Below are positions 46,671 to 56,651 of a DNA stretch of 64,000 nucleotides, piece after piece. The DNA comes from Lachnospiraceae bacterium (GTDB lineage Bacteria; Bacillota; Clostridia; Lachnospirales; Lachnospiraceae), in the NCBI GenBank assembly GCA_024405115.1, contig JAKSPD010000006.1, positions 24,275 through 88,274 of the forward strand, written 5' to 3'. The notes beneath the pieces are model-generated. The model saw only the letters and a list, made by a program, of their open reading frames with translations, was not told the DNA's origin and ran no database searches. The translations under genes and the position numbers were made by a program. Position 1 is the first letter of the stretch. Each line of letters starts with the position of its first letter.

Positions 46671-48002
46671 TGCATGTTCAGACGTAAGATATATGAAAGC
46701 CTTCTTGATTGGAAAAAACATTACAACGGCAAGTATGCCTGCCTGATAGAAGGGGCAAGGCGTGTCGGAAAAACAAGTATAGTGGAAGAATTTGCAAAAA
46801 ACGAATATAAGTCATATATACTGATTGATTTTTCAAAGGCATCAAAAGAAATCCTGGAAAGTTTTGACAGCATCGGTGATTTAAACTATTTCTTTTTGAA
46901 GCTGCAGACCGAGGCGGGAATAAATCTGTACACAAGAGAATCTGTAATAATATTTGATGAAGTTCAGCTATTCCCCAAAGCAAGGCAGGCGATTAAACAT
47001 CTTGTAGCTGATGGGAGATATGATTATATTGAGACGGGATCACTGATTTCAATAAGGAAAAACACCAAGGATATCTTAATACCTTCGGAAGAGCATAGGA
47101 TTTCAATGTATCCGATGGATTATGAAGAGTTTACATGGGCACTTGGCAGTTCCCTTGATCCGTTGAGGAATTTTTTTGACTCGGGGCTTCAGCTCGGTGA
47201 GACTGTAAACAGAAATCAGATGCGACGTTACAGACTCTATCTTGCGGTGGGGGGCATGCCTCAGGCAGTAGAGGCTTATGTTGAACACAGGAGTTTTGAT
47301 GAGATAGATGACATAAAAAGAGAAATAATTGCACTTTATCATGAAGATCTGTATAAGCTGGATCCTACAGGAAGGCTTTCAATGGCTTATGATGCTATTC
47401 CGGGTCAGTTGGCAGGAAAGAGGAAAAGGTTTATTTTGAGTGCCGCTACGGGTAAGGAGAAGGAAGAAAAAGATATTGAAAGAATAAATGATTTTGCGGA
47501 TTCGAAGATGGTCCTGCCCTGCTATAATGTAACAAAGCCTGCAGTGTCACTTTCGCAGACAAAAGATATTGAAACATACAAGCTATATCTTTCAGATGTC
47601 GGGCTGTTTACAACAATGCTTTTTAATGATTCAGATGACAGTCATGAAGACATATATAAAAAGCTTCTCAGCGATAAACTGGATGCAGACCTTGGTTATT
47701 TATATGAGAACGCCGTGGCTCAGGAAATTATGTCAAAAGGCAGAAAACTGTATTATCATACGTGGCAGAAAGAAGGCAGCACGCATTCTTATGAGGTTGA
47801 CTTCCTGATAGCAAAGAACAGAAAAATTATCCCAATCGAAGTCAAATCATCAAAAGTCAGGCCGCATAAGTCCATGGATGAGTTCTGCAGGAAATATTCA
47901 AAAGATGTTGGTGAAAGATATATTCTTTCAAAAAAGGATGTATCAAAAGATGGTATGCTGCAGTTGAAGCCATTATATATGGTGCAGTATGTTGTTGAGT
48001 AA
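46662..48002 (+). CDS. AAA+ ATPase with DUF4143 C-terminal domain (COG1373-type ATP-binding protein)
   Basis: Walker A GARRVGKTS, Walker B IIFDEVQ. The C-terminal half resembles DUF4143. ATG 46674 is an alternative start. Confidence 0.75.
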   Translation: MARCMFRRKIYESLLDWKKHYNGKYACLIEGARRVGKTSIVEEFAKNEYKSYILIDFSKASKEILESFDSIGDLNYFFLKLQTEAGINLYTRESVIIFDEVQLFPKARQAIKHLVADGRYDYIETGSLISIRKNTKDILIPSEEHRISMYPMDYEEFTWALGSSLDPLRNFFDSGLQLGETVNRNQMRRYRLYLAVGGMPQAVEAYVEHRSFDEIDDIKREIIALYHEDLYKLDPTGRLSMAYDAIPGQLAGKRKRFILSAATGKEKEEKDIERINDFADSKMVLPCYNVTKPAVSLSQTKDIETYKLYLSDVGLFTTMLFNDSDDSHEDIYKKLLSDKLDADLGYLYENAVAQEIMSKGRKLYYHTWQKEGSTHSYEVDFLIAKNRKIIPIEVKSSKVRPHKSMDEFCRKYSKDVGERYILSKKDVSKDGMLQLKPLYMVQYVVE

Positions 48003-48085
48003 GCGTAAGGAAACAAGTCCCGGACATTTATAGTCAAAGAATAGGGGACGGACTCATATACTTTGCAAACGAATTAAGAAAGACG

Positions 48086-48457
48086 ATGAATCTTTCGGCA
48101 GAGGAGCTTTCGGAAGAGCCGTTTGAGAGATCGCTTCGCAAGATGGCAGCCCCGGTAAATCACGAAGGCTCCACAGACACTGCAGACGTAAGCTGGAATG
48201 CGCCGACCGTGCAGTTCCATATAGGCACCTGGTGCGAAGGGACGCCGGGCCACTCATGGCAGGTGGTTTCGCAGGGAAAAAGCCGTTATGCAAAGGAAAT
48301 GGAGCTCTATGCAGGAAAGTGCATCGCAGGAACGATAATGAGGCTCTTTGACAGGCCGGAAGCCTTAAGGGAGGTTCATGATGAGTGGTTCTCAAAGACA
48401 AAAGGGGCATATGCCTGTCCGCTTCCAGAAAACCTGAGGCCGTTTATGGCGGAATAG
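48086..48457 (+). pseudogene. 3' remnant of an M20-family amidohydrolase (AbgB/hippurate-hydrolase-like C-terminus)
   Basis: 123 aa matching the C-terminal about 120 residues of M20D amidohydrolases (GSTDTADVSWNAPTVQF…GTPGHSWQVVSQGKS…). An in-frame stop lies 19 codons upstream. No N-terminal catalytic domain is present in any frame. Confidence 0.6.
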
Positions 48458-48721
48458 GAAACTGGATTACAGTAAAAAACATTGAAAAGTATTTACACCC
48501 TCATGGCAGATCATGAGGGTGTACTGCTTTTACTGGAAGATGTTATGAATAAAGGAAGTTAAAAGTAAAACGGCAGATTACACGCCGTTTTATTTTGCCA
48601 AAAAAGCGAAAATACGGCAGGGTTTTCGAGGAGATTGCGATTTATTTAACAAAGTTAAAACGGTAGACTTTATGGCAGAAGAGCACATACTTCTAAAATC
48701 GACAAAAGGAGGGGAAAACAT

Positions 48722-50212
48722 ATGAAGTTGATTTTCACAATAGGAATTGTGCTGGTTGCATTAGTAGTACTTGGAATCCTGATTTCAGCGTGCTATAAGA
48801 AGGCTCCCCCGAATACCGCCATGGTAATAACCGGACCGGGAGGCGCAAGGACGATCATAGGTAAAGGATGCCTTGTAGTACCGTTTTTGGAGAGATGCGA
48901 CTTCATGAGTCTGGAGAACATACAGTCAGACTTCACAAGCCGTGACGAGATCCCGACAAAGGATGCAATCAACATCTTAGTGGATGCGGTCGCAAACGTA
49001 TCAGTATCACAGGACCCGGAGCTTTTAAAGATAGCGGCTTCAAAGTTTTTGGGATACTCACTGGACCAGATTAAGGAGATCATAACTCCGGTATTCGAAG
49101 GTAACATCCGTGAGATCATATCACAGACAACATTAAGGGAACTCATCCAGGGCGACAAGAAAGTATTTGCGGAAAGGGTCATCGACAACGTGACGCCCAA
49201 CCTCCGTGACATGGGACTGGAGCTTACGACATTCAACATCCAGAACTTCAAGGACCGTAACGGAGTGATTGACAACCTGGGACTTGAAAACACGGTACAG
49301 ATTTCAAAGGACGCTTCCATTTCAAAGGCTAACGCCGAAAAGGAAATCGCAATCGCCCGTGCAGAGGCGCAGAAGGCCGCAAATGAGGCGCAGGTAAATA
49401 CGAACCTTGAGGTGGCAAGACGCCAGAACGAACTGGACATTAAGAGTGCGGAGCTTAAGAAAGCAGCCGACATCAAGAAGGCTGAAGCCGATGCCGCATA
49501 TGAGATCCAGCAGGAGGCACAGAGAAAAGACCTTGAGATCACGAAGGCAAATGCGAACCTTGCCCGTCAGGAAAAAGAGATCGAGTTAAAGGAAAGAGCC
49601 GTATCCATTAAGGAACGCGAGCTTGAGGCAACGGTAAAGAAGGAAGCGGATGCTGCAAAGTATGCCGCACAGCAGAATGCGGACGCGGAGCTTTACAAGA
49701 CCGAAAAGGCATCTGAGGCAGAGCTCTTTGAGAGACAGAAGAAGGCTGAGGCTGAAAAGTTTGAGGCTGAGCAGAGGGCAGAAGCTGAAAAGGCACGTTC
49801 AGAGGCTGCAAGGGTAGCAATGGAAAATGAGGCAGCCGGCATCAAGGCAAAGGGTGAAGCAGAAGCACTTGCAATCAAGGCAAAGGCAGAAGCGGAGGCA
49901 GAAGGTCTCTTAAAGAAGGCCGAAGCAATGGCCAAGTACGGTGAGGCAGCTAAGCAGGACATGCAGCTCCAGGCATTAAGGGTTTACTTCGAGCAGCTTC
50001 CCGCAATCGCAGAAGCAATCGGACAGGGCTACGCAAACGTAGACAAGATCGTGATGTACGGAGACGATACGGAAAAGTTCGCAGGCAACATGATTTCGAA
50101 CCTGACCCAGGTTTCTGAGGGAATAAGTGAAGGACTGGGAATAGACCTTAAGGGTCTTTTATCAGGAGCACTCGGTGCAAAGATAGCCGTAGACGCAGGA
50201 AAGAAGGAATAA
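48722..50212 (+). CDS. Flotillin-like SPFH/band-7 domain protein
   Basis: 496 aa. N-terminal TM, SPFH domain, and a long Ala/Glu/Lys-rich coiled coil (EAEKARSEA…). Confidence 0.8.
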   Translation: MKLIFTIGIVLVALVVLGILISACYKKAPPNTAMVITGPGGARTIIGKGCLVVPFLERCDFMSLENIQSDFTSRDEIPTKDAINILVDAVANVSVSQDPELLKIAASKFLGYSLDQIKEIITPVFEGNIREIISQTTLRELIQGDKKVFAERVIDNVTPNLRDMGLELTTFNIQNFKDRNGVIDNLGLENTVQISKDASISKANAEKEIAIARAEAQKAANEAQVNTNLEVARRQNELDIKSAELKKAADIKKAEADAAYEIQQEAQRKDLEITKANANLARQEKEIELKERAVSIKERELEATVKKEADAAKYAAQQNADAELYKTEKASEAELFERQKKAEAEKFEAEQRAEAEKARSEAARVAMENEAAGIKAKGEAEALAIKAKAEAEAEGLLKKAEAMAKYGEAAKQDMQLQALRVYFEQLPAIAEAIGQGYANVDKIVMYGDDTEKFAGNMISNLTQVSEGISEGLGIDLKGLLSGALGAKIAVDAGKKE

Positions 50213-50336
50213 TATAATAAATCGCCCACGGGGCGTATACGGCAGGGCAACCAGCCGATGAAAGATAAATGAAAAAGCTGCATATTGAACATGCGGCTCA
50301 CTGTGATTATAATTAGGAAGCCGTTTTAATAGAAAG

Positions 50337-50370
50337 CCGCCACGCCGAAAGGCAGTGGCGGTTTTCGTTA
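50337..50370. terminator. Intrinsic terminator between convergent flotillin and ROK genes (possibly bidirectional)
   Basis: Stem CCGCCACGCC-GAAA-GGCAGTGGCGG followed by TTTTCGTTATT on the plus strand. Confidence 0.6.
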
Positions 50371-50407
50371 TTAAAAAATTCAATTTCGTTTATGAAGCTA
50401 AAAGAGT

Positions 50408-51631
50408 TTATTCAATGATACTGTCAAGATATTTTGAAGTAACGAATAAAGCGGTTGCAAGGTTTTCCTGTTCCGGTTTCAGATGGGCGCGGGTAATATT
50501 CAGCTGGCGGCTGAATTTATTAATGATCTTACTTTTGGCATCAATTATCGCATCTTCAATGATGGGGCCGTCAAGGCCGTCAATATATCCGGAAAGAACG
50601 ATATGGTCAGGATCATAAATGTTGTATATCGTTGTCAGTCCGGCTCCGAGATACTTTGATACACTGCTTAATAACTGATACATGACAAGGCTGCCTTTTT
50701 CCCATGCCTCAAAGACAAGGCTTGGGTTAAGCGGCTTATGTTTCCTGACTACGAGATCGTAAAGGACGTCGTTCTCATCTATGGAATCGAGGGAAGCCCT
50801 GACGCGCTCCAGCATCTGCGTCATACCACAGTAATACTCAAAACAGCCGTTGTTGCCACAGTAGCATTTTGGTCCGAACGGATTAAGCGAGATATGACCG
50901 ACTTCTCCGGAAATGCCGGTTTTTCCACGGATCATTTTGCCATTAAAGAAATTGACCATGCCTATTCCTGTCGAAAGGTTAAGGTAGATTACGTTTTTTT
51001 CAGAACCGTCAAGCCATCTCAGTTCATAAAGCGCCCTTATCCTGGTTATTCCCTCAGCATGAACGGGAAGGTGAAGTGCGGCACTGAGCGGGGTTACAAA
51101 ATTTAAATGCTGCCAGTTAAAGATGGGGGCGTATATTAACTGGTTTGAATCAACCATGCCTCCAATGCAGAGCCCGATGGCACAAAGAAGCTTTCTCACA
51201 TTCTCTGGCTGCCTGTTTATGAAACTCTGCAGATACTCGATTATTTCTTTAATCAGGATTATCTCAGTGTGTTCGGTATTGACATGAAGCATGCAGGGTA
51301 TGGTTTCATTGGAAATGACATTGCCCAGTAGATCCTGAACGGCAAGATCGATGGAATCCTCTATGGTACCGTTCATAATGCACGTTAACACGAGGGCTTT
51401 CTTTTCGTTGAAACGAAGCAGTGTCGTTTTTCTGCCGGCGGCAGAATTTTCCTGTCTGCTTTCATACACAAGTTCTTCCTGGATCAGCTCCGTTACGATA
51501 TTGGTGACGGTTCCTGTACTTAAACCAAGTGCACTGGCCAAGGTAATCCTTGATGTCTCGCCATTGTTGATAAGGTACTCGAGGATGTTTCTTTTGTTTG
51601 TGATTTTTACAGATAAGATAACCGGATTCAT
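50408..51631 (-). CDS. ROK-family transcriptional regulator (NagC/XylR-like)
   Basis: N-terminal wHTH (SRITLASALGLSTGTVTNIVTEL). ROK sugar-kinase-like domain with zinc motif CYCGNNGCFEYYCG. Confidence 0.85.
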   Translation of the reverse strand: MNPVILSVKITNKRNILEYLINNGETSRITLASALGLSTGTVTNIVTELIQEELVYESRQENSAAGRKTTLLRFNEKKALVLTCIMNGTIEDSIDLAVQDLLGNVISNETIPCMLHVNTEHTEIILIKEIIEYLQSFINRQPENVRKLLCAIGLCIGGMVDSNQLIYAPIFNWQHLNFVTPLSAALHLPVHAEGITRIRALYELRWLDGSEKNVIYLNLSTGIGMVNFFNGKMIRGKTGISGEVGHISLNPFGPKCYCGNNGCFEYYCGMTQMLERVRASLDSIDENDVLYDLVVRKHKPLNPSLVFEAWEKGSLVMYQLLSSVSKYLGAGLTTIYNIYDPDHIVLSGYIDGLDGPIIEDAIIDAKSKIINKFSRQLNITRAHLKPEQENLATALFVTSKYLDSIIE

Positions 51632-51685
51632 AAATGTTCTCTATGCAAAAATAAATTTAGGCAATTATAGCACAAAACCAAAAGG

Positions 51686-52417
51686 TCATACAACGGTATT
51701 GATATCAATGTGTTCCCTGAAAGCGGTGGAGTTCCAGGCACCTATGTATCTGTCAACGATATACCCTGCAACAAAAGCCGGACTCCTAAGGACATTTTCC
51801 TCTTTATACTTTCTGAACTCGGAGACCATGTCAAAAACATCGTCAGGAACCATTCGTATTTTTTCCTGCATTTCCGTATCCATGACGCCCGGGTCAATTG
51901 AAACAATGCGGAAGTCCCTGTTCTCCAGCTGGAAAACTTCAAGAAAAGCGTTTATATAGGCTTTTGAGGCGCAGTAGTTGCCCCATCCCTTTAACGGGAA
52001 GTCAGCTGCACCGCTGTCGAGGTTTATGATTCTCAGCCTTATACCATGTTCCTTTACATAGGCTGCAAGCAGGTTTATCAGCACTACCGGCTGATGTATG
52101 TTTGCATCTATCATAGCATCAATCTCTTCACTTCTGTAGTTTCCGACAGGTTTAAGCGGCTCGATGGAAAATGAATTGATGATAAGCGTGACTTCAGATG
52201 TTCCTTCAGGTATCAATTTCAAAATGTCCCTGAAGCTGTCGTTTTCATGAAGCCTGTATCCTGTAATGCCGGTTTCTCCGAAAATACTTCTGAATTTTTC
52301 CTGGTTTCTGTAGACCGCAATCAGACTCAGTTTTTCCAGCTTTTGAATCTCATAAGCCAGATTTCTTCCAAGCCCGCCTGTTGATCCTGTCAGAATGACT
52401 GTCATCTGATTTTTCAT
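51686..52417 (-). CDS. SDR-family NAD(P)-dependent oxidoreductase
   Basis: TGSTGGLGRNLA (TGxxxGxG) and active-site YCASKAY (YxxxK). Confidence 0.8.
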   Translation of the reverse strand: MKNQMTVILTGSTGGLGRNLAYEIQKLEKLSLIAVYRNQEKFRSIFGETGITGYRLHENDSFRDILKLIPEGTSEVTLIINSFSIEPLKPVGNYRSEEIDAMIDANIHQPVVLINLLAAYVKEHGIRLRIINLDSGAADFPLKGWGNYCASKAYINAFLEVFQLENRDFRIVSIDPGVMDTEMQEKIRMVPDDVFDMVSEFRKYKEENVLRSPAFVAGYIVDRYIGAWNSTAFREHIDINTVV

Positions 52418-52422
52418 GGTTC

Positions 52423-53346
52423 TTAAAGTGATTCGGAAAAAACTTCGATGCCGTAGGATTTCAGTATTTCTGCCAGTTCGCTGATATATTCCTTTGACTG
52501 CGGTTCCATTTCAGGAAGAGGATAGTCTCCCAGTGTGTAATCTGACCATATTGTCTTGTTACCGTATTTTGAAGCGGCGAGCTTGTTGTATGGGAGAAGC
52601 TCGCATCTTATTATTTTATTGTTTAAATCATCCCTTACAAACCTTCCAATTGCGTCAATGTCCTCTTTTGAGTCAGTATATCCCGGTATAAGGGGAATCC
52701 TTATTATGATGTTCGCGTCATTTTGTGTAAGGAATTTCAGGTTTTCAAGAATCAGCGTGTTATCCATGCCCGTGTATTCCTTATGAAGGGCCGGGTCAAT
52801 CTTCTTAATGTCGTACAGGTAAAGATCGGCATAAGGAAGAATACGTTCAAAACTGCTTTTCGGAACGGCGCCGCAGGTGTCGATTGCGGAACGGATTCCG
52901 TTTTCCTTTAACAGCCTGACCGTTTCCGTAAGGAAATCAATGTGCAGCATGCATTCTCCACCGGAGAAGGTAACGCCTCCCTTTGATGAATCAAAGAAAA
53001 TTCTTTCGTCTTTTACGATTTTAAGGACATCCTCTGGAGTATAGTAAGTGCTTCCAAATTGCCTTGCCTGGGCAAAGCAGGTTTTTACACATTTGCCGCA
53101 CATCTCACAGGACGCCTTCAGGAGCTGGAGATTCCTGTCGAGTTTTCCGCACACTTCCACACACTTCCCGCATCCGATACATTTCATTTGGGTAAAGGTA
53201 ATCACCGTTTCGTCTTTTTGGGATTCCGGATTCTGACACCATAAACATCTTAACGGGCATCCCATAAGAAAAAAGGTAGTCCTTATGCCCGGACCGTCAT
53301 GAACGGCATAATGCTTCACATCAAAAATTCTTACTTTATTCTCCAT
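52423..53346 (-). CDS. Glycyl-radical enzyme activating enzyme (radical SAM)
   Basis: N-terminal HDGPGIRTTFFLMGCPLRCLWCQNPES (CX3CX2C) plus two ferredoxin-like clusters CIGCGKCVEVC and CEMCGKCVKTC. Confidence 0.9.
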   Translation of the reverse strand: MENKVRIFDVKHYAVHDGPGIRTTFFLMGCPLRCLWCQNPESQKDETVITFTQMKCIGCGKCVEVCGKLDRNLQLLKASCEMCGKCVKTCFAQARQFGSTYYTPEDVLKIVKDERIFFDSSKGGVTFSGGECMLHIDFLTETVRLLKENGIRSAIDTCGAVPKSSFERILPYADLYLYDIKKIDPALHKEYTGMDNTLILENLKFLTQNDANIIIRIPLIPGYTDSKEDIDAIGRFVRDDLNNKIIRCELLPYNKLAASKYGNKTIWSDYTLGDYPLPEMEPQSKEYISELAEILKSYGIEVFSESL

Positions 53347-53426
53347 AACAGATCCTTTTTAAAATAACAACCCTGCAGCACCATTATAACGGACTGCAGG
53401 GCAATTAATAAAGATAAAATAACAGA

Positions 53427-55664
53427 TTAGAAACTCAGTGTTGATCTCTGGATGATATGATCCTGCCAGTGCTTTGCAACCTGTGTAAAGTATGTTGAGA
53501 ATCCCCAGATTCTTACAATAAGGTCTCTGTAGTTTTCAGGATGTTTCTGAGCATCAAGGAGAACCTTGTTATCCAGAACGTTGATCTGAGCCTGTTCACC
53601 ACCAAGCTGGCAATATGTCTGCATAAGAGTGATGAACTTATCTCTTCCTTCCTGTGTACTGAGTGCTGAAGGATGGAACTTCATATCAAGTACCGATCCG
53701 CCGGCGCATTTGCTTACATCAAGCTTTCCGCAGGAAAGGACAACAGCGGTAGGTCCATTATGGTCAGCGCCCATCATCGGTGAAAGGTTGTCAGCATAGA
53801 ACTGTTTAGCCTTTCTTCCGTCTGCGGATGCACCGAGGATTCTTGCTGCATATACATAACCGGTAGCAGAGGAGATTCTTGCACGGTATGTCTGTCCGGC
53901 AGCATTACGATGCTTGGTTACTTCCTGTACATAGTATTCAAGGATGTCATTTGCAATCTTGTCAACTTCAGAATCATTGTTGCCAAATTTCGGGAATTCA
54001 TTCAGGATTCTCTGTCTGAGATCTTCATGTCCTTCCCAGTTGTCAAGAAGAATGTCATTGAACTCTCTCAGGGTATACTCTTTATCCTCGTATACGAGCT
54101 TCTTAATGGCGTAAAGTGAGTCAGCTGCATTGGAAAGGGCACCGAGCTGAAAGTCCGTTTCATTATAGATTGCTCCCCAATCGTCAAAGTCGCGACCATT
54201 TTCAATGGGGCCTTCCATCATGGAAGAATAGAAGGGTGAGGGAGAAAGCATGGAACGGTTCACATAGCTTGTTACCATATCAATGTAATGCTTCATCTGC
54301 ACCTTATATGCATTAAAGAGCTTAGAATATGTGTCGAACCACTCGGGTTCACCTGTAGGAATTCCCCAACGGTCTCCGATCAGTCCCATTGCCGGAAGGC
54401 TTCCGGGATTGCCAAGAGCAAATTTACCATTGTTCATTGCCCACTCAAGTGATCTGAGGGCACATACACCGCCGACATTTCTGTTGAGAGCTTTTCCCTG
54501 AACGGTCATTTCCCAGCAGCCGGAAGCAGCATAATCTCTTGCATCTTCAATCGTATATTCCGGGTGCGCCATGAAAGCGGGGATGATGACATCGTCATTT
54601 TCATATGTCGGGAATCCCATTCCCAGACTGTTGAGATATGCAGCCTTTTCCCAGATCTCGCGGGGAGTCTTTGAGCTGACACGGAGATGTACCTTGGGAT
54701 CGGTCACCTTCATGTCGCACTTTGCATCAAGGATCATCATGGTAATATCGTTGTATGTGGGTTCTCCGGTAAGAGGATCACATCCACCGATAGTGATTGA
54801 CTGGCCGGTATCACTGTTGATACGGATGTCTTCGCCGTGGGTTCTGTCCACTTCATAGTTCAGCTTCATGAAGAAAGCTTCGAGAATTTCTAATGCAAAT
54901 TCCTTTGTGAGTGTGCCATTCTCAATATCTTTCTTATAGAACGGATACAGAGTGATATCTACACGTCCAAGAGGAACAAGATAACCGCCTTCTGTCCAGA
55001 TCAGGAACTGGATGAAATACATTAACTGAACAGCCTGCCAGTATGTCTGCGGTGCACCGTTCTGAAGAACGTTCATATTCTCAGCCATGGTAAGGAGTTC
55101 TTCTTTGCGCTCACCCTCAGCTGCGGCTGCCTGTTCACGGCAGAGATCCTCATAACGCTTCATTGCCTTGAGGCAGGCCTTATTGGAAATGAGGACAGAC
55201 TCATAATAAGTCTTTTTATCACAGTCGTCCGTCTCGGCCAGTCTCTTTTCAACGTCGGCGATCAGAGCCGGAATACCCATGGGAACTACCTTGTAGTAAG
55301 CGGGAATGGAGCTGTCATTCAGTCCAAAACCTCTGTCATCCTGACCAAGGTTGAAAGCGTTGTCAAACATACTTGAGTACATTCCATATTCACCAACCTC
55401 AAAGTTATGGTTGCCCCACATGATTTCTTCATGTGTAACATACTTCGGAAGCTTATAAAGTGTTTTTCCTCCGCAGATAAGGTCTCCTTCTAATAAGAAG
55501 ACAGGCATTTTCTCAAGAGCCAGATCAAAAGCAAGAGCTTTTCTTATTGCAAATGGCCTCTTTTCGTTTTCTTCCAAAATAGAGAGGTGAAGGTCTTCAA
55601 CTCTGAACTTTTTATGTTCATCAGCGAAGAACATTTCTCTTAAAGCATTTATTCTATCAGTCAT
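53427..55664 (-). CDS. Glycyl radical enzyme of the PFL2/glycerol-dehydratase/CutC/HypD clade, substrate unknown
   Basis: 745 aa from ATG 55664 (RBS TGGAGG). Thiyl-Cys loop SGCWEMTVQGK, compared with GCVEP in known dehydratases. C-terminal glycine-radical motif VRIWGFSTYF, a variant of RVAGYSAFF. Confidence 0.8.
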   Translation of the reverse strand: MTDRINALREMFFADEHKKFRVEDLHLSILEENEKRPFAIRKALAFDLALEKMPVFLLEGDLICGGKTLYKLPKYVTHEEIMWGNHNFEVGEYGMYSSMFDNAFNLGQDDRGFGLNDSSIPAYYKVVPMGIPALIADVEKRLAETDDCDKKTYYESVLISNKACLKAMKRYEDLCREQAAAAEGERKEELLTMAENMNVLQNGAPQTYWQAVQLMYFIQFLIWTEGGYLVPLGRVDITLYPFYKKDIENGTLTKEFALEILEAFFMKLNYEVDRTHGEDIRINSDTGQSITIGGCDPLTGEPTYNDITMMILDAKCDMKVTDPKVHLRVSSKTPREIWEKAAYLNSLGMGFPTYENDDVIIPAFMAHPEYTIEDARDYAASGCWEMTVQGKALNRNVGGVCALRSLEWAMNNGKFALGNPGSLPAMGLIGDRWGIPTGEPEWFDTYSKLFNAYKVQMKHYIDMVTSYVNRSMLSPSPFYSSMMEGPIENGRDFDDWGAIYNETDFQLGALSNAADSLYAIKKLVYEDKEYTLREFNDILLDNWEGHEDLRQRILNEFPKFGNNDSEVDKIANDILEYYVQEVTKHRNAAGQTYRARISSATGYVYAARILGASADGRKAKQFYADNLSPMMGADHNGPTAVVLSCGKLDVSKCAGGSVLDMKFHPSALSTQEGRDKFITLMQTYCQLGGEQAQINVLDNKVLLDAQKHPENYRDLIVRIWGFSTYFTQVAKHWQDHIIQRSTLSF

Positions 55665-55916
55665 AGCTGAGCCTCCATATAATTTAATGAATAAAATATA
55701 TGACCATTTCATAAAAAAGTCAAGCAACTTAAGCGTTATTTGTGTTGTGAAAAATGCACAAATATTGCCCCGCTTTTTCTACATACAGAAGTCACAATAG
55801 AATAAACAGCGTTATTGACATGAAATGAATTCGGAATTATTATTTAATCATTAAATTAAGCTGTGAGCTTAGTTTGTGCCAAATTTAAAAATTGACACAT
55901 AGAAAGGAGTTGAAAC

Positions 55917-56609
55917 ATGAAAAAGATTATTGATATCACTGGCATCATTGATAAAGGAATGTGGAATTACGAGCCTCCGTTCCCGGACATTGAGATCAAG
56001 CCGCTTCCGCCCATTCCGTGGCTTGGCGGAAAAACAGTTGGATGCGAGATCTTTGAAGGCCTTCACAGCCAGTCAGGAACCTATCTTGAGACTCCCGCAC
56101 ATAACTTTGGAAACAATAACGGAAGTTATGCGCTGATCGAGGTTCCCGTAGATAAGATCTATGAGATTCCCTGTGTTGTACTCAATATTGGACCTTTTGA
56201 GATGAATCCTGAAGAGGGCCGTCATCCGATTACTGTGGAAGAACTTAAGGCATGTCCCAATGCTGACCAGATTCGTGAAGGCGATGCTGTAATCGTTGGA
56301 ACAGGCTGGGGCAAGTACTGGTTCCATCCGGATAATCTGAAATATGCTCCGTACTTCACCACAGATGCAATGGAGTGGATCATTGCTCAGAAGCCTTTCC
56401 TTATCGGCGGTGATTCTGCTAGATGGGATTGCCTGGAAGATCCGCAGGCATTCTGGGATGATTTCTATGGCAATGATATTCTGATGGGTGGACCGTTTGT
56501 GGATCTTGAGAAGGTTACAGCTCCCCGCTGCAAGCTGACGATCCTTCCTCCCAAGTTCCCGATCACAAGTTGCGCACCTTCAAGAGCTCTCATCATTGAA
56601 GAGGACTAA
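55917..56609 (+). CDS. Cyclase-family protein (kynurenine-formamidase-like, PF04199)
   Basis: 230 aa. Metal-binding-like motif LHSQSGTYLETPAHNF (H..GTH.D.P.H pattern). Confidence 0.55.
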   Translation: MKKIIDITGIIDKGMWNYEPPFPDIEIKPLPPIPWLGGKTVGCEIFEGLHSQSGTYLETPAHNFGNNNGSYALIEVPVDKIYEIPCVVLNIGPFEMNPEEGRHPITVEELKACPNADQIREGDAVIVGTGWGKYWFHPDNLKYAPYFTTDAMEWIIAQKPFLIGGDSARWDCLEDPQAFWDDFYGNDILMGGPFVDLEKVTAPRCKLTILPPKFPITSCAPSRALIIEED

Positions 56610-56651
56610 ATCAAATATAGTAGGAAATAGTATTTTAAAGGAGGAGATGAA

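Noticed and set aside
45833-46675. 280-aa minus-strand ORF extending the GNAT gene through the 33-bp tandem repeats
   Set aside because: The N-terminal 87 residues (SDYFIINYSIFPDYFNINYSVFPDYFNLF…) are simply the translated tandem repeats. A good RBS and ATG at 46414 give a normal 193-aa GNAT.
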